A DNA stretch of 64,000 bases from assembly GCA_964016885.1 (NCBI GenBank), contig OZ024746.1:36332001-36396000 (forward strand), in the 5' to 3' direction. Shown in pieces: positions 35,601-49,420 of the stretch; position 1 is the first letter of the stretch, and every line of letters begins with the position of its first letter. The translations under genes and the position numbers were made by a program. Source of the DNA: Eledone cirrhosa. Lineage: Eukaryota. The notes under the pieces are model-generated. The model did no database searches. It had not been told where the DNA came from and worked only from the letters and a program-made list of their open reading frames with translations.

Positions 35601-38600
35601 ATTCCTTGAATCTCAGTCATTGATGTTGGTTAACTGGAAAGTCCGTTGGATTGAATATCAAGCCACTACCTGCAGCCTCAGATATTCAGGACGTATCGGA
35701 GGGTTCTTGCCGTTCCAAGCAAGCATGCTTTTTGAAGCGTTCCAAAAAGCGTGAAGGGGCCGATTTTCTTTAACCATCCCTGGAAACCTTTGGAGATAGT
35801 CCCCAGTGCGCCTATGACAATCGGGATCACTTTGACTTCATGGCAGTTCCAAATCCTTTTCACCTCCCACTTTAGGTCCTGGTATCGGTTAATTTTCTCC
35901 CTCTCCTTCTCTTGCACTCTCGTGTCGAACGGGCAGGCCACATCCACAATCAGGCACGATCTTTTTTCTTTGTCCACAACCACAAGGTCAGGTCTATTGT
36001 GTTCCAGTTTTTTGTCCGTCTGTATCCTAAAATCCCACAGCACCTTCACCTGACTGTTCTCCATCACCGCCTCTGGCTTATGCTCATACCATTTCTCAGA
36101 ATGTGGTAGATTGTTTACTTTGCACAGGTGCCAGTGGATCACCCTGCCCATCACATCGTGTCTCCAGCCCTTATAGTGGGTCTGGGCTAGGTGTTTACAC
36201 TCGGACACAATGTGAGCCACAGTCTCCTCTCTCTCTCCACAGATCCTGCACAGTGGGCTAGCCTCCTCCTTGTAGATATGGTGCTTCAACCACTTCGTTT
36301 TGAGGGCCTGCTCCTGCGCAGCCATTAGCATTCCTTCTTTAGCCTTTTTGAGGTCTCCTCTTCTCAACCAGTTCCATGTCTGTGGATCTCTAAATTCAGT
36401 TTTCTCAAAGAAGGTACTATGAAGGGATTTTCCCTTAAGGCTGCTCTTCCTCCTTGATGTTATTTCCTCCTTGGATATCCCCTGGCCTACTGTCCCCTCC
36501 TTCAGTACAGCTCTGAGCATTGGCTCCTTACTATAGGTCACGTATTTGTATAGGTTGTTTTTCTCCATCTGAACACAGTCCTCTATGCTGATAAGACCTC
36601 TTCCACCCTCAGATCTCCTTAGGTAGAGTCTATCGACATCACTCCTCTTGTGGAACATGTTGTAGATAGTCAATAGCTTCCTAGTCTTCCTATCCATTTC
36701 TTTTTGTTCAGCAACATTCCATCTCAGAATTCCCGCACTGTACCTAATAATAGACACAGCTCGGGAATTTACTGCGCTTCTGGCATTTCTGCTGTTCAGA
36801 TGTGACTTCAATACGCTCCTTACTCTTCGAATGTATTCAGTTCTTAACAATTCCTTCATTTTTTTGTTCTTTATGCCATCAGCCTCCAGAACGCCCAAAT
36901 ACTTGTATCCTTCCTCAGAGTCAATTTCCTTTATCATCTCACGTGTTGGTATCTGGATCCCGTTACTTCTGCTCAACCTACCCCTCCTCATCACAATGAC
37001 TCCACATTTACCAATACCAAACTGCATACATATATCACTGCTGAAAATACGGACAGTGTCAACAAGGACATCCAACTCCTTCTCACTTTTCCCGAAGAGC
37101 TTAAGATCGTCCATGAAGAGGAGGTGATTGATGGTAAGCTCTCCCCTTCCCAACTTGTATCCTGCTCTCACTTTTCGCAGCATAATGGTCAAGGGGATCA
37201 GGGCAAGGACAAACAACAGAGGGGACAGGCTATCTCCCTGGAAGATACCTCTCTTGATCTTCACGCTTCCCAAGGGTACTCCAGTTGATGTCAACTCTGT
37301 CTCCCAGGACCCCATACTCCTGCCCAGCAACTGTCTGATGTTATCTGCCACCCTGAAGATCTCCAGGCTTTTGGTGATCCAGGAATGAGGCACCATGTCA
37401 AATGCCTTTCTGTAGTCTATCCATCCCATGGCAAGATCAGTGTGTCTCCTCCTGCAATTCCCCATTACCATCTTATCAATAAGCAACTGGTCCTTTGTAC
37501 CACGTGACTTCTTTCGGCATCCTTTCTGTTCGTCCGGCAACAAGTTGTTTGTGTGGAGGTGATGGTAGATTTCCTCAGACACAATGCTCGTCAACAGTTT
37601 CCACATTACGGGCAGACATGTGATAGGTCTATAGTTGGTAACATCATTACCCTTGATTCGGTCTTTCATTATCAGAACTGTGGTACCTTTTGTCAACCAC
37701 TCAGGCACCTCACCCGACACCAAGCAGTCATTGAACATGGCCGTCAGCTTCGGGTGGAGGGATGTTAAATGTTTAATCCAATACCCCTGCACACCATCTG
37801 GGCCTGGTGATTTCCAGTTGGTTAGTTTTTTGGCTTGCCCCTTAAGAGTTTCAACTGTGATACACAAATCAGTCTGTTGCTGTGCCTGCTCACCGATCTC
37901 CCTCTGTACTGTCTCAATCCACCCTGCCTGGGCATTGTGTCTAACATCCTGCTCCCATATTCCTCTCCAGAATGTTTTAGCTTGTTCCGCCCCAGGGATC
38001 AAGTCGTTGCCTCTTTCTTTCCCCTCAAGCTGTCCAAACAGCATATTCTGGTTGTTGTCGGACATGCGGTTCTGTTTATACTGACTGACTCTGTTCTCGT
38101 ATCGCCTGATTTTGGCACTCTTTGCTACAATGCGTTGCTTCAATTCCTCTATGATAATATTTAGCTTTTTACTCCTAGTTTTGTATTTTATTTCCAGTCT
38201 ATTTTAAGTGCCTATGTTTTTTAGTGTCCCATTCAGTAGTGACTCAAGCTTTCCTATGTCATTTCTCATTTCCTCGATTTGCCCACTCAGTCGCTTCTTC
38301 CACCACGGCTCTGCTCTTTCTTGTCTGTTGTTTCCTCTCGCTTTTATACCAAGTAGTTTCCTCACCGTATTTGCTGTTGCTCTGAGGATATTGTTGCACT
38401 GGTGAAGGCTCCTCGCCTCAAGGTATGGGATGACTTTGTTTACCTTAGCTGTTGTTTCTTTTAACTTTTTCCTGTCTACAAATCTTAGGTTCATAGGTCT
38501 CCCACTATCATTGTTCAACTCATCTACCACTAAATTTAGGATGTCAACCGAATCTTGTCCTAGCCCGTCAGCATTCATCTCCTCAGTGGCCGTATCTCTG

Positions 38601-39200
38601 TTCCAGGTATTATTTATCTCAGTATTCAGATCATTGTCTGCTTCGGGTGGTTCCTCCGTTCTCAGGACCTCCTCACCTTCATTTCCCGCCGGCTCGCTTG
38701 TCTGGCATACTACACCCGCCATCTCCAAGCCATTCTCTCTGCTCAGTTCCTCCAGTTCCAGCTCGTTTATCCACCCATTAGTTCTTATTACCCGAGCCTG
38801 CCCGGCCAATTTTTGTTCATCTAATTTAAATAAACCAATCTCGTTCCAGATGTTATGCATCCGTCTCCTGTAGCCCCTCTCCTTGGGGTTACTTTTCAGG
38901 TAGCATTGCATAACAGTTCTATTCAATTCTTTCGTCCAGTTGGTTCTGGCCCCTTTCCTTCTTCTTCTTCCTCCAACATCAGCAGTATTTGGTTGACAGT
39001 CAGGTTCCTGCTGCTGAGCCAGGGGGCACCTGTTGGGTGAGAGTCTGTCACATGACGTTCTAGTCTCCATTTCACCGTTATTCGAACTGTTTATGTTCGA
39101 TATTTAAACACTCTTATCGAGGATTGGCGAATGTATGTTTACATAGCCATCTGTGGGTCCGCCATCCCACTTGGCCCTTGTGTGGCATTATCACCACGCT
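35601..39200 (-). mobile_element. R4/Dong-type RLE LINE, near full-length copy 3
   Basis: Single reading frame 39070 to 35678, short 3' UTR, (TAA)n tail. The 5' boundary is approximate. Confidence 0.92.
35678..39070 (-). pseudogene. R4/Dong polyprotein (RT + CCHC finger + restriction-like endonuclease), ~1130 codons with one premature TAA at 38204-38206
   Basis: SPGPDG, YRPITCL, IDYRKAFD, GIFQGDSLSP, LFMDD, YKYLG, CRICGEREETVAHIVSEC, RH, RPD...D.ACP....EK..KY. ORFs 38204-39070 and 35678-38143 are in the same frame. Confidence 0.93.
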
Positions 39201-39644
39201 GTATACGGACACACATAAACAAACAAACACACGGGCAGAAAGGGCCCCAAAAATGAATAAGCATAAGTTTCATTGTAATGTAGTATTCGAATGTCTGACT
39301 TAGTTTTTGTTTTTTAAGTTTTACTTTTTCCCCCCTCTTCTCTGTCCGTCCGCCTGCTTCTCTCTTCATTCTTATTTTCTTTACGTTTTTGGGGTGTCTT
39401 TTTTTGTTTTTGTTTTTCTCTGTTTGTTTTTCTCGTTTTTTTGCTGTTGTTGCTGTGCTGCTTTTGTTGTTTGTTTTTTCTTTTTTCTTTTGAGTCTATC
39501 TATATATGTTGATGCCTTCCTCTTTGTTAGTAGTAGGAATTCTATAATGTGGAAGTGGCAGCCAGCAGAGACTGGCGGCGTTGGCGATACTGAGACAGTG
39601 GTGGTGGTGATGTCGATACCGAGGCAGTGGTGGCGGTGATGCGA

Positions 39645-40292
39645 CCGTATTACTGTAGTGATGGTGCTGTAGCGGTGGCAGCAGCAGTGAAGGAGTCAAG
39701 GGGTGGTGGCGGCGGTGATGGGATAGTGGTGGTAATGATGGCCGTAGTGAGCGGTGGCGGTGAAGGTGAAAATGCTGTTGTGTTTAGTGTACACAGATGA
39801 TGGGGTGGGTGGTGTATCTAGTTTCTGGTGTTGGTGAGTTTCGCTGTCCTATATAGTGTAGCCAGAGGAGAGGAGGGGGGGGGGGGTTCTTCTTCTTCCA
39901 TTTATAGCCATTTTATTATTTTTTTTTTGGATATACAGTGTACAATACAAAGTTGAATATTTGAATATTTGAGCCGTATTACTGTAGTGATGGTGCTGTA
40001 GCGGTGGCAGCAGCAGTGAAGGAGTCAAGGGGTGGTGGCGGCGGTGATGGGATAGTGGTGGTAATGATGGCCATAGTGAGCGATGGCGGTGAAGGTGAAA
40101 ATGCTGTTGTGTTTAGTGTACACAGATGATGGGGTGGGTGGTGTATCTAGTTTCTGGTGTTGGTGAGTTTAGCTGTCCTATATAGTGTAGCCAGAGGAGA
40201 GGAGGGGGGGGTTCTTCTTCTTCCATTTATAGCCATTTTTTGGGGGGATATACAGTGTACAATACAAAGTTGAATATTTGAATATTTGAGCC
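39645..40292. repeat. 329-bp direct tandem duplication
   Basis: CCGTATTACTGTAGTGATGG begins at 39645 and 39974. The copies differ mainly in homopolymer lengths. Confidence 0.93.
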
Positions 40293-40482
40293 TTATAACA
40301 ATATATTTTGGGTCCGAATTTTTTTGGGGCTCAAGCCGGGTGCTTTACGTAGCATTTGTACTAAGAGTTGTTATTTCACAAATGATTTAAATATGTTAAA
40401 AATTCAAAACTTACGGGAGCGATTTCATGACCTCCGTCACCTCGTGCGTCTTCTTCCCTTCTTCTTCTTCTTCTTCTTCTTC

Positions 40483-40520
<38 letters not shown>

Positions 40521-41378
40521 GCAGTTTCGTCTATAATGGTGCGTATGAACTAAATTACTAAAAGCTTTGCTCGTTAAAACTCATTTGACAAGATTTCTTA
40601 GAAACGAATGAAAGATTTTCAAAATCATTGACCTTTAATCCAGTCGATGAGATCAAAGACGTGCCAATTCGCATTTAGTAGCCTAAGCTACTGATCTGCA
40701 TCGAATGAATCATTAGGACTTGAGCTTAATAACGACCAAATGATCGACTTTATCTTGTTGCGGTTGCGTTTTCCTAGCTAACTTGATATAATTATTGAAA
40801 GGGATAGATTTTCGATCTCACTACACATATTCTGTTAATGTAATTACATATAAAAGGACGTATATAAAATAGCAATTACCATTAACTATTTCTTTTAAAC
40901 ATTTCATTCTGCACATAAGCGTAAAGAAAATAGCCTATGCACTCTTAAACTATGAACTAATACGGATTTATGGCCTCCGCCATGTTGGGGCTTTGCTCAT
41001 ACACATACATATTTGTGTTATTAAACTGAAGCTAAAATCACTTCATAAATGTGTAATGATAGAAACGTGTTATTTCAGGGATCAAATTGTGAAGTTAACA
41101 CAATTTCAGTTAAATGAACGGAGGAATTAATGCCGTTTTCATTCCTGCGATTGGGATAAGATAGTGAAGAATAAATTAAGACAGCATCTTTCTGGAACCC
41201 CATTGTATATTCAGATAAAGTCTACAGCGTCACCTTTGATATGTTTCGATTTACTTTTATTCACGTCTACTATAATTAAGCAACACAGTTAATACTTGTT
41301 ATAACGTTATAGGCTTACTCAGCATGATTCAATATAAGAAGTTACAGTAAACTTACCTCAATTGCCTCGAGGTTCTTA

Positions 41379-41426
<48 letters not shown>

Positions 41427-41427
<1 letters not shown>

Positions 41428-42310
41428 GAGGTGTGTCAAAAAAGTTCCAGGACTGAACTGACAAAAGATTTATTCCAAACCCAAACTTCACACTAAGAGG
41501 TTTCTCCTTCAAAGTAATCTCCCTGGAGTATGTAAATATAATCTTAGCTCTCTACAGCGATCAAACGTTTTTCTACATAGTTTTATATATACATCCTCTG
41601 TTTCAGGTCGTCAAGCAATGAGCACAAAGCAACGAACATGCTTGAAGTTTCTGGTACGGTTGGGGAAAAATCCGTCAGAAGCACTGGGATTGCTGCAGCA
41701 AGTGTATGGGGATGAGACGATGTGACGCTCACGTGTTTTTGAGTGGTGCAAGATGATCCCATGTTCGGAAGGCCCTCAACAACCAAGACTGAGGTCTACG
41801 TTAAGCAGGTCAGGCAGATGGTGCGTAGCGATCGTCGGCTGACTGTTCAAATGATGGCAAATGAGCTGGGCATGAATCGGGACAGCGTCTGGAAGATTCT
41901 CACTGAAGATTTGGACATGCGAAAAGTCTGCGCGGAGATGGTGCCAAAACTGCTGAACGATGACCAGAAGGGTCGACGCATGCAACTGTGCCAGGACATC
42001 CTCGAGCGTCTTGAAACCGAACCAGACTTGCTAGGAACAGTCATCACCGGTGATGTCATGGATCTTCGAGTACGACCCGGAGGGGAACCGTTTTGAAGAC
42101 GTGGACGACATCAAAAAAGCCGTGACGACGGAACTGCGGAGAATTCCGGAAGAATCCTTCTAGGAGTGCATGCAAGCGTGGTAGAAAAGGATGGAAAAGT
42201 GCATTAGACTCCTGAGGGATTATTTTGAAGTAGAAAACTCTTAGTGTGAAGTTTGGGTTTGAAATAAATCTTTCGTGACATTAGTCCTGGAACTTTTCTG
42301 ACACACCTCG
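41427..42310 (+). mobile_element. Internally deleted mariner transposon with 103-bp inverted ends
   Basis: 41427-41529 and 42208-42310 are inverted. Inserted in (TA)n. Transposase remnant GRP, DRR.T, RKVCAEMVPKLL, VITGD, joined directly to the C-terminal F.DV..IK...GDYFE. Confidence 0.93.
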
Positions 42311-42527
42311 TCTATATATATATATTTAATAAAATATTATTTATGACTGTTTATTTATTATCAAAACTCTTCTGTCACACATTCTTTGATCTCATCAATC
42401 ACTAATTTAGTGTGGGACAGAAAAAGAAGTAATTCTAAATAGTCACTGAGGAACTCACAGAATGTGTGAGGGATGAGCTTTGACAATATATAAACAACCA
42501 TCCGGTTATTAAGCGAACAAACAGAAA

Positions 42528-43577
42528 TCTACATATATAAAGTAGTAGTTCCTATCTGTTTGTTAATTTGTTTGTTTGTTCACGTACTCCTCCTATGGTT
42601 TTGGAGATAGACATCTATAACTATATATATTCTGAAACTACATTGCCCTGGGTACTTGGATAAGTATATTTCATTTTAATCAAAAAGTTTCCTGGGGGCA
42701 CAAACCCCGTGGAAACCTTTTCCCTTCGATTTATATGAAATTTAAACCAGACGTAAACAACAAGATATGACGCATATTCACGAAACCACAGCAAATTTCA
42801 ATACTATTGAGACACCCTAATGGGGTTTAAGCACCCTATAGTGAAAAGTTTGTCCAATAAATGGAACAAGATGTGTTGTAACAAGATTTCATGAGAACGT
42901 GATTGAAGCAACCATTATATTCGGGGCTTACAACGGTCTAGCTCTTCTCATTCCGAGGATTCCACTCATGCCAAGTGATAGTGAGTTGCCTTTTACATTT
43001 AAGAGGCTGCAGTTCTCAGTGAGGTCATGCTTTGCCATGAGCATCATTAAGAATCAAGGTCAAACTTTCAAAACTATTGGTATAGATCTGACAAACCCAT
43101 GTTTCAGCCATGGCATGTTTTATGTGACTGTTTCAAAGACTGGAACTTCCAAAAATGTCTACAATTCAGCCAATCAAAGAAAGACAAGAAATGTTGTTTA
43201 CCCTGAAGTTCTTCATTAAGACAAAGTATGAAATATATGTTCATGTATTTATTAAGTTAAAAAATAAATAATTAAACTTTGAATTTCTAATTTGAAAATA
43301 ATGCTTTACACAAAAATGAAATGATCAAATATTGAATTGCTATTTTGCAAAAAATGTTTTACAAGAAACAAAATAAGAATAAGATTTAATAATGTCATTT
43401 TGATTTGATATATTACAAAAAATAATGTTTTCCAATTGTTCATGCATTACATTTTACATTGAGTAATATTGAAATGCAGAGTTATTCTCCATAAATGATG
43501 TCACTGATGTAAAATCAATCATGATTTTCTTACAAACAAATGTGTGAAACGCAGCAAGGCGTGGGTAATTCGGCTAG
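42528..43577 (+). mobile_element. Non-autonomous Helitron retaining the PIF1-helicase C-terminus
   Basis: A|TC start, (TTTG)n near the 5' end, subterminal hairpin ACGC..GCGT, CTAG|T end. Internal helicase fragment. Confidence 0.88.
42899..43219 (+). pseudogene. Helitron RepHel helicase C-terminal fragment
   Basis: IPRIPLMP...PFTFKRLQF.VR.CFAMSI.K.QGQT...GIDL..PCFSHG.FYV.VS...T.NVVYPEVL. Confidence 0.92.
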
Positions 43578-43681
43578 TTTATTATAAACTGAAATAAAAA
43601 CCAACAGGTGCTTGTTTTTTATTGACACAATGACCCTCTGAAGTTGTGATATATATGTCACACACATAACTTATTATTATA

Positions 43682-43866
43682 TGGAGTGGCAGTATCGGTA
43701 GAGGATCGGACGCCATGCTTTCCAGCATAGTTACGTCCCTTTACGATCTGAGTTCAAATCCCGCCGAGGTTGACTTTGCCTTTCATCCTTACGGGGTCGA
43801 TAAAATAAAGTACCAGTAATGCACTGGGTAATTGCTGGCCTTGTGCCTAAAGTAGAAACAATTATT
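43682..43866 (+). mobile_element. tRNA-derived Meta-domain SINE
   Basis: Near-consensus copy. Confidence 0.9.
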
Positions 43867-44306
43867 ACTCTCAGCTATAATTTACCGATTTATTGAACGC
43901 TTTGTACCAGCCACAGAAGATTTTACTTACTATTGTTGTTATTATTTTCTCCGAGCATTTATAATTAATTAATTAATTGATTGATTGATTATTCATTGTC
44001 TGTTGATAACCTAGTTGAGAGCTTATTTTCGAGGCTGTGAATAAATTTCTTTGTTCATACTTTTGAATTTGCCCGCCAAAGCCTGGATGTTATAAAGCAT
44101 CCTCTTGTCCTGAGAAAGAACACGGGACTCCCCTGCCAAGATTACTGCTACAATAGTTGGCATAAGCCACGCAGATGGAAAACGGAACTAACGGCCCTTT
44201 CAGAAAGGGATATCCTCATTCAACATTAGGATAAACAACTGGCTTGCATGTTACGCAAAGTGAAGTGTAGATTTCGGATTCCTAGAATCCAATCGAATAT
44301 ATTTAT

Positions 44307-44476
44307 ATAATTGTTTCTACTTTTGGCACAATGCCAGCAATTACCCAGTGCATTACTGGTACTTTATTGTATCGACCCCGTAAGGATGGAAGGCAATGTT
44401 AACCACGGCGTGATTTGAACTCAGATCATAAAGGAAGGTAACTCTACCCTTACTCTACCGATACTGTCTATCCACT
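44307..44476 (-). mobile_element. tRNA-derived Meta-domain SINE
   Basis: Reverse complement of the consensus with an internal deletion. Confidence 0.88.
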
Positions 44477-44741
44477 ATATAATTGATATCAATGAGGTGC
44501 GAGTTCATCTTTAACATGTTTTTATTTTCGTTGTATTGTTGTTACTATGAGCTATAATTTATCGATGTATCGATAGCTCTTCATCTCTTCATTGAGAGCT
44601 TTGTGTCAGCCTCAGAAGATTGATTTCGAAAGATGCTACTTGCTGTTGCAAGTAGGATTTTACTCATACATATATTTAACTCATTTTACTCATACATATA
44701 TATGTATATATACATATATATACATATATATGTATGAGAAT

Positions 44742-44801
44742 ATCCCGTTAAGGGTGAAAGCAGCTATTCTTTGCTTAAACTTTAATCTGTTATTTTAATA
44801 A
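44742..44801 (+). repeat. Family E 3'-terminal fragment
   Basis: ATCCCGTTAAGGGTGAAAGCAGC...TGCTTAAACTTTAATCTGTTATTTTAATAAA. Confidence 0.85.
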
Positions 44802-44805
44802 AGAA

Positions 44806-44857
<52 letters not shown>

Positions 44858-44869
44858 GTATATATACAC

Positions 44870-44935
<66 letters not shown>

Positions 44936-44947
44936 GTATATATACAC

Positions 44948-45015
<68 letters not shown>

Positions 45016-45083
45016 TCTCCTGAGCGTGAATTTAATAAACATTTATTGTACTGCCTCTCTGTTCTGTCCCTGTCCAATTTTAC

Positions 45084-45140
<57 letters not shown>

Positions 45141-45142
<2 letters not shown>

Positions 45143-45323
45143 CGAAGGAAATGTGGTAAGGTACCAGGTGGACCATAACGCACCAAAGTACTCAATACTT
45201 AGGGTAGTAGAGTGGGTAATAGGAACGAGTAGGACCCCGACGGCTAATTGTGGACTAAATTAGTCTGTAGTCCAGAATTAGCCGTCGAAACGGCTTGAGC
45301 TCAGCTGTCGATGTCCTACTCGT

Positions 45324-45330
<7 letters not shown>
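45141..45330. mobile_element. Miniature fold-back derivative of family C pLTR in (TA)n
   Basis: 45141-45260 is the reverse complement of the family C 3' end (7655-7795 with a deletion). 45268-45330 is the sense 3' half of the hammerhead. Confidence 0.8.
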
Positions 45331-45383
<53 letters not shown>

Positions 45384-46429
45384 ATGTGTGTGTGTGTGTG
45401 TAAGGGGGGGGGGGGGGGGTGTACGTGTGTGTATGTATATATATATATACATATATATGTATATATATATACGCATATATATGTGTGTGTGTGTATATAC
45501 TTATAGTTATATACACACTTGCGTGAGAACATACGCACGCACAACCATATTTTTAATGGATAGGCATACAGAGAGATAGAGAATGGGTGAGAAAGGTAGA
45601 GAGAGTTATGTTGAGATATGAACTGAAATACGATCGAAATAATAACATTAACAAGTGTAAGCTGTACCTATGTAATGTTATTTAGCTATTTCTGATAACA
45701 TCAACACTGTGGCTTCAGAACCTATCTAAACATTTCACTATTATATCTATGTTATAACATGATTAACACCTCATAATTTCTCTCTCTCACTCTCTCTCGT
45801 TCTCTTTCTCTCTTTTTTTCTCACTCTCTCTTTGCTTGTATACATATTGTATATACAGAACACATCTACCATATTCCAGGACAGCCTCACGATGTTCAGG
45901 TGATAAGGCATCTTAAATATATCACGTTATTCCATCTAAAATTAATGTTGCCACCAAAACACAAAATATCCTTTAACTGTTGCTGAGTTATCAGCACTAT
46001 CACGTGACCTGAACCAGCCGCTTTAGACCTGTGAAAGCGTGGCCACCCCACTACAATTCTCCGTTTGGCGCTTGACATGAAACAGCTGCTATGAGGTGAC
46101 GTCTCATTCTACATTATCACAATAATGCTATCTTCTTTCAATTCTAGTGCAACCTATATATATATATTAGAGTTAAAACAGAAAACAAAAATAAAAAACA
46201 AAAAAAAAACTTATTTGCATAGGTAAGTATATATTACCTGTATGTTTTGTGAAGGTACGTATACTTTCTCGTACGTATATTTGATTGTATATGTTAGGGC
46301 ATATATTTGTTATATATTCTGGTACATATGCTTTTGGTTATGTGTATACGAGAGTTTTGCGTCTGTGTGAGTATGCGGGTTCGTACGTATGTTGGGTGTG
46401 TGTATATGTGTACTTCATGTTTTGGTTGA

Positions 46430-46762
<333 letters not shown>

Positions 46763-49010
46763 AGGGAGATTGAATTTTACCAACTTAGGATTGAGTTTGG
46801 GAATATGTTACACTGTAATTACGTCAACCATAAATATTCCACCCTGATATTGCTAATAATATATATATTCCATCCATTATTAATCTGGGCCAATTTGTTG
46901 AAGCATAAAATCATATTAAATACAGATACTGTAGTTTGTTATAAAAGGGTTAATGGCTATATTGTTTTATAAAGTTATCAAGTCAAATTATATTGCATTA
47001 TTGATATATCAAAACTAAATTGTCACTAAATATCCTTTGGTGTACAGATTTCAATATTATTTCTGTTTAAGAGGTCAAAGTAAATCAAGAAAAGGAAAAA
47101 TGAAAATATTTCTGTTATGTACTTGCTTGTCTTTTAACTTGAAACAAAATGTAAATATCTTATGTATCTCTGACGTGTGAATTAAATAAATATATAGACA
47201 ATAGGAAGAAGGATAATATAGATAGGGCACGAATCAGATTTTCGGATACGTTCTGGGAACAAGTTACTTAAGGGTTGAATTAATTTATTGTTTTAAAATA
47301 TATAACATGGTCAAAACTGACTGAATAATCATATAAGCAAATACGCAAAACTAATCAAGAAGTACTTTCCTTAGGTGCAACAAATCCAGGTTCATATTAA
47401 CAAGGGTAAAATCTTATATAAATAATTGTAAATTTGAGTCGGATTACTCAACAGCAGAAATAATCAGCTCTACTCTGTATAATTGACATAATTATTAGAA
47501 CCATAATTCATAACTATAAACACCAATATTACGAAATACTAAATTGATTTACAAGGTTAAATTTGATTTTGCTATATAGGAATTACCTTCGTTATATACA
47601 ACCACTGTATTCATGTAGACATTTTTCAGTCATATTTAGTGTAAATCGATAAAAATATAAAAATATATGGACATAGTCATATTTGATAAACAACATTGAA
47701 ACGTTTAGTGATAATATATATTTTGATAGTAAGGAAAATGTCTCAGATATAATATGTATTAATGATATGGACTAACAATACTACACGATAATTTATTTTA
47801 TCAAATGCCTGTAGAATGATGATTATGGTTGATGTCGGCAAGATTGAATACACAGGGTTTAAAAGACGAAAATGATTAACTCAGCTATAAATTATTTAAC
47901 ATCTCTGTCAATTCATGTCCATGTGACAAATACAGTCGCAGTAATCGCAGATTATATCGATCTGCAGTAGTTGATTGGTACGTATTTTAACGATTACAGA
48001 AGCATGAAAGGCAAAGCCGACATCGGGGCATTAAACTTGTCAGCGTAAAAAGACACTGCTAACTACAGGAAGGCGTTTCCTACAACACATTATAGATTCT
48101 ACACCACTCTCAACGTATTGGTAATAATATAGATGGAAACGATACAGCTGGCACAAGATATGATTCATGCCGTCATTATGAGAGATGATCAATTAACAAA
48201 TCTCCTCTTATCCTATCATTAAGCATTTAGTAGAAAGAGAGTTAATTGTTCTCACTGTATTAAAACCAGGCTTCTGACTATATAAAATAAATCATGATTA
48301 TTAATATAAGATAACTCGACATTAAAATCATCAGCATCGTATTCGTTATCACCATATTTATCAGCCGCGCTCTATCATATGCAGAGCCATCATCATCTTC
48401 AATGTCACCATCACAATCATCATCATCACCGTCATCGTCAGCGTCATAAATTGTTTTCATCAGCGTCGGACTAAAGTGGCGGATTTTATGTTTTATCCTC
48501 GATCGATTAGACGTAGCAAACCAAGTATCATTCAAACCACAAGAAGCAGAATATAATCAGAGTTACACTAATTGATCAAATGCCTGCTTATTCGGAACCC
48601 AGCTATACTATGCCGATGATAAACTTCATCATCAGCATCATCATCATCATCATCATCACCATCACCATCACCATCATCGTAATCATCATCGTCATTACAA
48701 TCTTCTTCGTGATTATTATCACCATCATTCGCAGCATCATCATCAGCAGCGATATCAGAAACCCTATTAATATCATCGTCAAAATGAAGAAATTAAGGAG
48801 TAAATACCGCCTATTGTTTTAACATTTCCACGAGTTCACCAATCAAGTTGTACATGGAAATCAAACCCAAACAATGTCAACATTAGAGAATAAAAAATTA
48901 TATTTTATGACCGAAGATAATCATATACGCCTTAAATCCGAATCGAATATGTCAAAAGACCGACTCATTTCTTGAATATTTCGAAAGTTATTTTGAAATT
49001 AATCCACATA

Positions 49011-49420
49011 CGATGTACACTCAAGATGTTTTGAGACTTTTGTCTGAGAGATATTTATTATGCTCAGTTGAAATCAACACTCTAGTCTCCATCAGTCTAG
49101 GATCCCCCAAATTAAATGCTCTTGGAGTACCACTAAAATCGCCACTGGAAGGCCCCCTTGTAGTTTTCCGAAGTTTATTTCTTCAGAGCGCTTGACCCAG
49201 CCTCCTTCATCACCGTATTCTCAAAGCAAATACTCTTGGGATTCTCCTTAGACTTCGACATCCAGATGTCGTATGGGGTTAATCCTGAACTATAGGGTGG
49301 ATGAGGGACAATCACAATCCCTATATAGGGCAACGTAGTTTGTCATTAGTATGGAGATGTGAAGGAGGGGGCATTGTCTTGATGAACGTACCACTGGCCA
49401 AACATGATAAATTATGGTTT
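49011..49420 (-). mobile_element. Old mariner transposase remnant (3' part)
   Basis: Minus strand gives GQWYVHQDNAP and VPHPPYSSGLTPYDIW, matching the mariner HDNA and HPPYSPDLAP.D motifs. Possible TIR TA|CGATGTACACTCAAG at 49009. Confidence 0.7.

Noticed and set aside
39100-39230. HDV-like ribozyme in the Dong 5' UTR
   Set aside because: Expected from other RLE elements, but the nested double pseudoknot could not be built by eye. An RNArobo or Infernal search is needed.
44605-44650. CAGAAGA-TTGATTTC-GAAA as a minimal hammerhead
   Set aside because: No stem I or stem III pairing.
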